This document shows positions 14,401 through 25,393 of a stretch of 64,000 nt of DNA, one piece after another; within the stretch, counting starts at the first letter, position 1, and every line of letters starts with the position of its first letter. A program made the position numbers and the translations under genes. The notes beneath the pieces are model-generated. The model was given only the letters and a program-made list of their open reading frames with translations, did no database searches and was not told the DNA's origin. Source of the DNA: Balanoglossus misakiensis. Its lineage: Eukaryota; Animalia; Hemichordata. Location: NCBI GenBank assembly GCA_040954595.2, contig CM082589.2:462988-526987 (forward strand). Reading direction: 5' to 3'.

Positions 14401-17400
14401 CATGAAAATCATCCAGAAATGTCAATTTTTCGACTTCGCGAAATTTCAAAATTTGGTGGTTTTTGGATAAAAACCATGGGTTATAGCTCATGAAAATCAT
14501 CCAGAAATGTCAATTTTTCGACTTCGCGAAATTTCAAAATTTGGTGGTTTTTGGATAAAAACCATGGGTTATAGCTCATGAAAATCATCCAGAAATGTCA
14601 ATTTTTCGACTTCGCGAAATTTCAAAATTTGGTGGTTTTTGGATAAAAACCATGGGTTATAGCTCATGAAAATCATCCAGAAATGTCAATTTTTCGACTT
14701 CGCGAAATTTCAAAATTTGGTGGTTTTTGGATAAAAACCATGGGTTATAGCTCATGAAAATCATCCAGAAATGTCAATTTTTCGACTTCGCGAAATTTCA
14801 AAATTTGGTGGTTTTTGGATAAAAACCATGGGTTATAGCTCATGAAAATCATCCAGAAATGTCAATTTTTCGACTTCGCGAAATTTCAAAATTTGGTGGT
14901 TTTTGGATAAAAACCATGGGTTATAGCTCATGAAAATCATCCAGAAATGACAATTTTTCGACTTCGCGAAATTTCAAAATTTGGTGGTTTTTGGATAAAA
15001 ACCATGGGTTATAGCTCATGAAAATCATCCAGAAATGTCAATTTTTCGACTTCGCGAAATTTCAAAATTTGGTGGTTTTTGGATAAAAACCATGGGTTAT
15101 AGCTCATGAAAATCATCCAGAAATGTCAATTTTTCGACTTCGCGAAATTTCTAAATTTGGTGGTTTTTGGATAAAAACCATGGGTTATAGCTCATGAAAA
15201 TCATCCAGAAATGTCAATTTTTCGACTTCGCGAAATTTCAAAATTTGGTGGTTTTTGGATAAAAACCATGGGTTATAGCTCATGAAAATCATCCAGAAAT
15301 GTCAATTTTTCGACTTCGCGAAATTTCAAAATTTGGTGGTTTTTGGATAAAAACCATGGGTTATAGCTCATGAAAATCATCCAGAAATGTCAATTTTTCG
15401 ACTTCGCGAAATTTCAAAATTTGGTGGTTTTTGGATAAAAACCATGGGTTATAGCTCATGAAAATCATCCAGAAATGTCAATTTTTCGACTTCGCGAAAT
15501 TTCAAAATTTGGTGGTTTTTGGATAAAAACCATGGGTTATAGCTCATGAAAATCATCCAGAAATGTCAATTTTTCGACTTCGCGAAATTTCAAAATTTGG
15601 TGGTTTTTGGATAAAAACCATGGGTTATAGCTCATGAAAATCATCCAGAAATGTCAATTTTTCGACTTCGCGAAATTTCAAAATTTGGTGGTTTTTGGAT
15701 AAAAACCATGGGTTATAGCTCATGAAAATCATCCAGAAATGTCAATTTTTCGACTTCGCGAAATTTCAAAATTTGGTGGTTTTTGGATAAAAACCATGGG
15801 TTATAGCTCATGAAAATCATCCAGAAATGTCAATTTTTCGACTTCGCGAAATTTCAAAATTTGGTGGTTTTTGGATAAAAACCATGGGTTATAGCTCATG
15901 AAAATCATCCAGAAATGTCAATTTTTCGACTTCGCGAAATTTCAAAATTTGGTGGTTTTTGGATAAAAACCATGGGTTAGGGTTAGCTCATGAAAATCAT
16001 CCAGAAATGTCAATTTTTCGACTTCGCGAAATTTCAAAATTTGGTGGTTTTTGGATAAAAACCATGGGTTATAGCTCATGAAAATCATCCAGAAATGTCA
16101 ATTTTTCGACTTCGCGAAATTTCAAAATTTGGTGGTTTTGGATAAAAACCATGGGTTTATAGCTCATGAAAATCATCCAGAAATGTCAATTTTTCGACTT
16201 CGCGAAATTTCAAAATTTGGTGGTTTTTGGATAAAAACCATGGGTTATAGCTCATGAAAATCATCCAGAAATGTCAATTTTTCGACTTCGCGAAATTTCA
16301 AAATTTGGTGGTTTTTGGATAAAAACCATGGGTTATAGCTCATGAAAATCATCCAGAAATGTCAATTTTTCGACTTCGCGAAATTTCAAAATTTGGTGGT
16401 TTTTGGATAAAAACCATGGGTTATAGCTCATGAAAATCATCCAGAAATGTCAATTTTTCGACTTCGCGAAATTTCAAAATTTGGTGGTTTTTGGATAAAA
16501 ACCATGGGTTATAGCTCATGAAAATCATCCAGAAATGACAATTTTTCGACTTCGCGAAATTTCAAAATTTGGTGGTTTTTGGATAAAAACCATGGGTTAT
16601 AGCTCATGAAAATCATCCAGAAATGTCAATTTTTCGACTTCGCGAAATTTCAAAATTTGGTGGTTTTTGGATAAAAACCATGGGTTATAGCTCATGAAAA
16701 TCATCCAGAAATGTCAATTTTTCGACTTCGCGAAATTTCAAAATTTGGTGGTTTTTGGATAAAAACCATGGGTTATAGCTCATGAAAATCATCCAGAAAT
16801 GTCAATTTTTCGACTTCGCGAAATTTCAAAATTTGGTGGTTTTTGGATAAAAACCATGGGTTATAGCTCATGAAAATCATCCAGAAATGTCAATTTTTCG
16901 ACTTCGCGAAATTTCAAAATTTGGTGGTTTTTGGATAAAAACCATGGGTTATAGCTCATGAAAATCATCCAGAAATGTCAATTTTTCGACTTCGCGAAAT
17001 TTCAAAATTTGGTGGTTTTTGGATAAAAACCGTGGGTTATAGCTCATGAAAATCATCCAGAAATGTCAATTTTTCGACTTCGCGAAATTTCAAAATTTGG
17101 TGGTTTTTGGATAAAAACCATGGGTTATAGCTCATGAAAATCATCCAGAAATGTCAATTTTTCGACTTCGCGAAATTTCAAAATTTGGTGGTTTTTGGAT
17201 AAAAACCATGGGTTATAGCTCATGAAAATCATCCAGAAATGTCAATTTTTCGACTTCGCGAAATTTCAAAATTTGGTGGTTTTTGGATAAAAACCATGGG
17301 TTATAGCTCATGAAAATCATCCAGAAATGTCAATTTTTCGACTTCGCGAAATTTCAAAATTTGGTGGTTTTTGGATAAAAACCATGGGTTATAGCTCATG

Positions 17401-20400
17401 AAAATCATCCAGAAATGTCAATTTTTCGACTTCGCGAAATTTCAAAATTTGGTGGTTTTTGGATAAAAACCATGGGTTATAGCTCATGAAAATCATCCAG
17501 AAATGTCAATTTTTCGACTTCGCGAAATTTCAATATTTGGTGGTTTTTGGATAAAAACCATGGGTTATAGCTCATGAAAATCATCCAGAAATGACAATTT
17601 TTCGACTTCGCGAAATTTCAAAATTTGGTGGCTTTTGGATAAAAACCATGGGTTATAGCTCATGAAAATCATCCAGAAATGACAATTTTTCGACTTCGCG
17701 AAATTTCAAAATTTGGTGGCTTTTGGATAAAAACCATGGGTTATAGCTCATGAAAATCATCCAGAAATGACAATTTTTCGACTTCGCGAAATTTCAAAAT
17801 TTGGTGGCTTTTGGATAAAAACCATGGGTTATAGCTCATGAAAATCATCCAGAAATGTCAATTTTTCGACTTCGCGAAATTTCAAAATTTGGTGGTTTTT
17901 GGATAAAAACCATGGGTTATAGCTCATGAAAATCATCCAGAAATGTCAATTTTTCGACTTCGCGAAATTTCAAAATTTGGTGGTTTTTGGATAAAAACCA
18001 TGGGTTATAGCTCATGAAAATCATCCAGAAATGTCAATTTTTCGACTTCGCGAAATTTCAAAATTTGGTGGTTTTTGGATAAAAACCATGGGTTATAGCT
18101 CATGAAAATCATCCAGAAATGTCAATTTTTCGACTTCGCGAAATTTCAAAATTTGGTGGTTTTTGGATAAAAACCATGGGTTATAGCTCTTGAAAATCAT
18201 CCAGAAATGTCAATTTTTCGACTTCGCGAAATTTCAAAATTTGGTGGTTTTTGGATAAAAACCATGGGTTATAGCTCATGAAAATCATCCAGAAATGTCA
18301 ATTTTTCGACTTCGCGAAATTTCAAAATTTGGTGGTTTTTGGATAAAAACCATGGGTTATAGCTCATGAAAATCATCCAGAAATGTCAATTTTTCGACTT
18401 CGCGAAATTTCAAAATTTGGTGGTTTTTGGATAAAAACCATGGGTTATAGCTCATGAAAATCATCCAGAAATGTCAATTTTTTCGACTTCGCGAAATTTC
18501 AAAATTTGGTGGTTTTTGGATAAAAACCATGGGTTATAGCTCATGAAAATCATCCAGAAATGACAATTTTTCGACTTCGCGAAATTTCAAAATTTGGTGG
18601 TTTTTGGATAAAAACCATGGGTTATAGCTCATGAAAATCATCCAGAAATGACAATTTTTCGACTTCGCGAAATTTCAAAATTTGGTGGTTTTTGGATAAA
18701 ACCATGGGTTATAGCTCATGAAAATCATCCAGAAATGACAATTTTTCGACTTCGCGAAATTTCAAAATTTGGTGGTTTTTGGATAAAAACCATGGGTTAT
18801 AGCTCATGAAAATCATCCAGAAATGTCAATTTTTCGACTTCGCGAAATTTCAAAATTTGGTGGTTTTTGGATAAAAACCATGGGGTTATAGCTCATGAAA
18901 ATCATCCAGAAATGACAATTTTTCGACTTCGCGAAATTTCAAAATTTGGTGGTTTTTGGATAAAAACCATGGGTTATAGCTCATGAAAATCATCCAGAAA
19001 TGTCAATTTTTCGACTTCGCGAAATTTCAAAATTTGGTGGTTTTTGGATAAAAAACCATGGGTTATAGCTCATGAAAATCATCCAGAAATGTCAATTTTT
19101 CGACTTCGCGAAATTTCAAAATTTGGTGGTTTTTGGATAAAAACCATGGGTTATAGCTCATGAAAATCATCCAGAAATGTCAATTTTTCGACTTCGCGAA
19201 ATTTCAAAATTTGGTGGTTTTTGGATAAAAACCATGGGTTATAGCTCATGAAAATCATCCAGAAATGTCAATTTTTCGACTTCGCGAAATTTCAAAATTT
19301 GGTGGTTTTTGGATAAAAACCATGGGTTATAGCTCATGAAAATCATCCAGAAATGTCAATTTTTCGACTTCGCGAAATTTCAAAATTTGGTGGTTTTTGG
19401 ATAAAAACCATGGGTTATAGCTCATGAAAATCATCCAGAAATGTCAATTTTTCGACTTCGCGAAATTTCAAAATTTGGTGGTTTTTGGATAAAAACCATG
19501 GGTTATAGCTCTTGAAAATCATCCAGAAATGTCAATTTTTCGACTTCGCGAAATTTCAAAATTTGGTGGTTTTTGGATAAAAACCATGGGTTATAGCTCA
19601 TGAAAATCATCCAGAAATGTCAATTTTCGACTTCGCGAAATTTCAAAATTTGGTGGTTTTTGGATAAAAACCATGGGTTATAGCTCATGAAAATCATCCA
19701 GAAATGTCAATTTTTCGACTTCGCGAAATTTCAAAATTTGGTGGTTTTTGGATAAAAACCATGGGTTATAGCTCATGAAAATCATCCAGAAATGTCAATT
19801 TTTCGACTTCGCGAAATTTCAAAATTTGGTGGTTTTTGGATAAAAACCATGGGTTATAGCTCATGAAAATCATCCAGAAATGTCAATTTTTCGACTTCGC
19901 GAAATTTCAAAATTTGGTGGTTTTTGGATAAAAACCATGGGTTATAGCTCATGAAAATCATCCAGAAATGTCAATTTTTCGACTTCGCGAAATTTCAAAA
20001 TTTGGTGGTTTTTGGATAAAAACCATGGGTTATAGCTCTTGAAAATCATCCAGAAATGTCAATTTTTCGACTTCGCGAAATTTCAAAATTTGGTGGTTTT
20101 TGGATAAAAACCATGGGTTATAGCTCATGAAAATCATCCAGAAATGTCAATTTTTCGACTTCGCGAAATTTCAAAATTTGGTGGTTTTTGGATAAAAACC
20201 ATGGGTTATAGCTCATGAAAATCATCCAGAAATGTCAATTTTTCGACTTCGCGAAATTTCAAAATTTGGTGGTTTTTGGATAAAAACCATGGGTTATAGC
20301 TCATGAAAATCATCCAGAAATGTCAATTTTTCGACTTCGCGAAATTTCAAAATTTGGTGGTTTTTGGATAAAAACCATGGGTTATAGCTCATGAAAATCA

Positions 20401-23085
20401 TCCAGAAATGACAATTTTTCGACTTCGCGAAATTTCAAAATTTGGTGGTTTTTGGATAAAAACCATGGGTTATAGCTCATGAAAATCATCCAGAAATGAC
20501 AATTTTTCGACTTCGCGAAATTTCAAAATTTGGTGGTTTTTGGATAAAAACCATGGGTTATAGCTCATGAAAATCATCCAGAAATGTCAATTTTTCGACT
20601 TCGCGAAATTTCAAAATTTGGTGGTTTTTGGATAAAAACCATGGGTTATAGCTCATGAAAATCATCCAGAAATGACAATTTTTCGACTTCGCGAAATTTC
20701 AAAATTTGGTGGTTTTTGGATAAAAACCATGGGTTATAGCTCATGAAAATCATCCAGAAATGTCAATTTTTCGACTTCGCGAAATTTCAAAATTTGGTGG
20801 TTTTTGGATAAAAACCATGGGTTATAGCTCATGAAAATCATCCAGAAATGTCAATTTTTCGACTTCGCGAAATTTCAAAATTTGGTGGTTTTTGGATAAA
20901 AACCATGGGTTATAGCTCATGAAAATCATCCAGAAATGTCAATTTTTCGACTTCGCGAAATTTCAAAATTTGGTGGTTTTTGGATAAAAACCATGGGTTA
21001 TAGCTCATGAAAATCATCCAGAAATGTCAATTTTTCGACTTCGCGAAATTTCAAAATTTGGTGGTTTTTGGATAAAAACCATGGGTTATAGCTCATGAAA
21101 ATCATCCAGAAATGTCAATTTTTCGACTTCGCGAAATTTCAAAATTTGGTGGTTTTTGGATAAAAACCATGGGTTATAGCTCTTGAAAATCATCCAGAAA
21201 TGTCAATTTTTCGACTTCGCGAAATTTCAAAATTTGGTGGTTTTTGGATAAAAACCATGGGTTATAGCTCATGAAAATCATCCAGAAATGTCAATTTTCG
21301 ACTTCGCGAAATTTCAAAATTTGGTGGTTTTTGGATAAAAACCATGGGTTATAGCTCATGAAAATCATCCAGAAATGTCAATTTTTCGACTTCGCGAAAT
21401 TTCAAAATTTGGTGGTTTTTGGATAAAAACCATGGGTTATAGCTCATGAAAATCATCCAGAAATGTCAATTTTTCGACTTCGCGAAATTTCAAAATTTGG
21501 TGGTTTTTGGATAAAAACCATGGGTTATAGCTCATGAAAATCATCCAGAAATGTCAATTTTTCGACTTCGCGAAATTTCAAAATTTGGTGGTTTTTGGAT
21601 AAAAACCATGGGTTATAGCTCATGAAAATCATCCAGAAATGTCAATTTTTCGACTTCGCGAAATTTCAAAATTTGGTGGTTTTTGGATAAAAACCATGGG
21701 TTATAGCTCATGAAAATCATCCAGAAATGTCAATTTTTCGACTTCGCGAAATTTCAAAATTTGGTGGTTTTTGGATAAAAACCATGGGTTATAGCTCATG
21801 AAAATCATCCAGAAATGTCAATTTTTCGACTTCGCGAAATTTCAAAATTTGGTGGTTTTTGGATAAAAACCATGGGTTATAGCTCATGAAAATCATCCAG
21901 AAATGTCAATTTTTCGACTTCGCGAAATTTCAAAATTTGGTGGTTTTTGGATAAAAACCATGGGTTATAGCTCATGAAAATCATCCAGAAATGTCAATTT
22001 TTCGACTTCGCGAAATTTCAAAATTTGGTGGTTTTTGGATAAAAACCATGGGTTATAGCTCATGAAAATCATCCAGAAATGTCAATTTTTCGACTTCGCG
22101 AAATTTCAAAATTTGGTGGTTTTTGGATAAAAACCATGGGTTATAGCTCATGAAAATCATCCAGAAATGTCAATTTTTCGACTTCGCGAAATTTCAAAAT
22201 TTGGTGGTTTTTGGATAAAAACCATGGGTTATAGCTCATGAAAATCATCCAGAAATGACAATTTTTCGACTTCGCGAAATTTCAAAATTTGGTGGTTTTT
22301 GGATAAAAACCATGGGTTATAGCTCATGAAAATCATCCAGAAATGTCAATTTTTCGACTTCGCGAAATTTCAAAATTTGGTGGTTTTTGGATAAAAACCA
22401 TGGGTTATAGCTCATGAAAATCATCCAGAAATGTCAATTTTTCGACTTCGCGAAATGTCAAAATTTGGTGGTTTTTGGATAAAAACCATGGGTTATAGCT
22501 CACGAAAATCATCCAGAAATGTCAATTTTTCGACTTCGCGAAATGTCAAAATTTGGTGGTTTTTGGATAAAAACCATGGGTTATAGCTCACGAAAATCAT
22601 CCAGAAATGTCAATTTTTCGACTTCGCGAAATGTCAAAATTTGGTGGTTTTTGGATAAAAACCATGGGTTATAGCTCACGAAAATCATCCAGAAATGACA
22701 ATTTTTCGACTTCGCGAAATGTCAAAATTTGGTGGTTTTTGGATAAAAACCATGGGTTATAGCTCATGAAAATCATCCAGAAATGACAATTTTTCGACTT
22801 CGCGAAATTTCAAAATTTGGTGGTTTTTGGATAAAAACCATGGGTTATAGCTCATGAAAATCATCCAGAAATGTCAATTTTTCGACTTCGCGAAATGTCA
22901 AAATTTGGTGGTTTTTGGATAAAAACCATGGGTTATAGCTCATGAAAATCATCCTGAAATGTCAATTTTTCGACTTCGCGAAATTTCAAAATTTGGAGGT
23001 TTTTGGATAAAAACCATGGGTTATAGCTCATGAAAATCATCCAGAAATGTCAATTTTTCGACTTCGCGAAATTTCAAAATTTGGT
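5449..23085. repeat. Satellite DNA, type B 88-bp monomer (about 200 copies, highly homogeneous)
   Basis: Consensus ccatgggttatagctcatgaaaatcatccagaaatgtcaatttttcgacttcgcgaaatttcaaaatttggtggtttttggataaaaa; period 88 (e.g. 7951 to 8039); about 15 substitutions plus 1 indel relative to type A. Confidence 0.98.
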
Positions 23086-23351
23086 CATTTTTTGAAAAAA
23101 CCATGGGTTATAGCTCAGGAAAATCGTCAAAAATCGAGGATTTTTCGACTTTGCGAACTTTCGAAATTTGGTCATTTTTTGAAAAAACCATGGGTTATAG
23201 CTCAGGAAAATCGTCAAAAATCGAGGATTTTTCGACTTTGCGAATTTGGTCATTTTTTGAAAAAAATCATGGGTTATAGCTCAGGAAAATCTTCAAAAAT
23301 CGAGGATTTTTCGACGTTGGGAATTTTCGAAATTTCTTCATTTTTTGAAAA
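23086..23351. repeat. Satellite type A, three degenerate terminal monomers at the array edge
   Basis: Returns to ggtcattttttgaaaaaa/ctcaggaaaatcgtc at 23086; an internal deletion and several substitutions precede unique DNA at ~23352. Confidence 0.95.
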
Positions 23352-23391
23352 TTAATGCCTGTGAATGATAATGTTACATACAAAACAAAAG

Positions 23392-25019
23392 TCATGTAAT
23401 TTTGGAATATTTTATTTTATTTCCAAATTTAATATAATAAGAAAAAAAAGGCAACTCCTAGTGGATGGAAGCACAGCATCATCATAGTCAAGGTGCTTTT
23501 GTGATGATTCAGTTCTTGTAAAATATGTACATGTTAAATCAAAAACAAATCACATGATTTACTTGCTCTGATAATGAAAAATGAATGCAAAATTGTTGAT
23601 TATATAATTACCAAAATTTGTATGGGCTATTTTTTCGATTAACAACGAAAATATGAATTTTTAGACAGAGAAACTAGTATAATCTTGATCTTGTACGAAA
23701 AAGAACATGTGAGATAATTTAAAATAAATTACATGCAATAAGCCAATAAAATTACAACTTAACTGACACTAAAATTCCCAAAATATACAAATACATATTT
23801 ATATTTACAATCAATTTCTCACTTACAAATATCAGGGACGGCAAAATGGAATATGAAAATTCTTGATAGGGTTAATAAAACTTAAATGAATTCTCACAGC
23901 AATATATGTGCATAGCCTGTTTTCTTAAACACTTAAGATACGCAGAGAAAAAAAAAACCCATGCCTTAGTTTTACAGATTAGTACTTACCTATGACACAT
24001 GTGATTGGGCAATTGCCAAGAAAAAACACTGAATTTATTCTTATGGCACTTAGACAAGAAAAGTGATGTTTACTTCTCATAAAGAAACAAGTCATTTCAT
24101 TTTCACATTGTTGGTACAGAGTATGTGGTCATCATCATTACGGTACAAAGCCAAACACACAAGTATTACTCAAGAACAAAGCATGGTAGTTGTCTCGGCA
24201 AATCCCATTATTCTGTATCGACTATGTGGGAATAACTGCATATTTACATTAAAACAAAAAATAAATTCAAATCATTTTGAATACTTGAATGAGAAACTTG
24301 ATCACCTTAAAAATTGACAACATTTATCCCATTAGCACCACCACATAAAATTTCTCCCAATCAGTAAAAAATGTGTTTATACAAAAATATTTCCATCCAG
24401 AAAAAACTTGTAAACTAAGATAGTCATTCCCTCTGAAAGCTATACAGTGACTTGATGAAGGTAATGTTCAAGAGATGCACTGCTAATATCTTTTACATGC
24501 AATCTACTGCAAATCATGGTGTTACACATCCATTGAGATACAGAATGGAAACCAATCCAGATTTACGTACTTTTAAAAGTGTGTCACTAAATCTGAAACA
24601 GAGCAAGCCATTAACTATTTAAACCTGAACATAAAATCTAAAACCCAGTGATTCATGTACAGCAAGTCAGTGCACCCTGAGTTCAAGTGCATGTTGTATA
24701 TATTACAATTTTACATTACAGAGATACAGTCTTGGTTTTCTTTGAAGTTTTTTGTTTTTACTAAAATTAATCTGTTTATTACTATCTTTGATAGAATTGG
24801 GATGCAGATACATCAAATTCATAAAATTCAGAACTTTCACCGAACTTTTGTATGTATAAATACCAAACCTAAACTACCTATTTGAATTTGGGTTTTAGTT
24901 TTATTTCTAGAGTACAAATGATAATTATTGAAATTGTCCAATTATGTCATTCTGTTTGAAGTAGAAAGAGTATGGAAGTATTTAGACGATTTGGTGATTT
25001 GAGATTCATGGAGGCAATA
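23392..25019 (-). other. Probable ~1.6 kb AT-rich 3' UTR
   Basis: Non-coding AT-rich stretch between the TAA at 25020-25022 and the AATAAA pair; alternative AATAAA sites at ~24034, ~24775 and ~24900. Confidence 0.5.
23411..23421 (-). terminator. Putative polyadenylation signals (two overlapping AATAAA) of the EGF-CUB-TM gene
   Basis: Plus strand tttattttatt reads as two AATAAA on the minus strand; a U/GU-rich element (cttttgttttgtatgt, 23376-23391) follows about 20 nt downstream. Confidence 0.55.
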
Positions 25020-25393
25020 TTATACAGGTCCACCACCAATCCCACTATCTCCTTCGTATCCACTGTTGTAATTGCTGCCTGGATGTGGACTTCCATTGGT
25101 TGTCCGTCCACCGGAAATGGTTGCTACACTTGTCGAATGGAGCGGGTCCTGATCACCGCTGTTCACATCGTACGAGTCATCAGAAAACGAGTTTGAGTTA
25201 CTGTTGCGCATTTTCCAGTTGTCGTGACCTGGATTTCGACCTCCAGACTTGGACGATGACCGCCGCATGTAGATGAGAACGGAGATCAGAATCAGGAGTA
25301 TAATCGCCACCCCGACCGCGATGATGATGACGGCAACCAACCACGGTTCAAGCGATGTAGAGGCACCTGTTGATCTGTCTGTACTTCCTGACT
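25020..25393 (-). CDS. Terminal exon: Ser/Thr stalk, TM helix, ~82-aa cytoplasmic tail, stop
   Basis: ctctctcaacag acceptor; [49 protein letters not shown]...DSGIGGGPV*. Confidence 0.9.

Noticed and set aside
1-23351. CRISPR-like array
   Set aside because: No unique spacers; continuous tandem monomers in a eukaryotic, intron-containing context.
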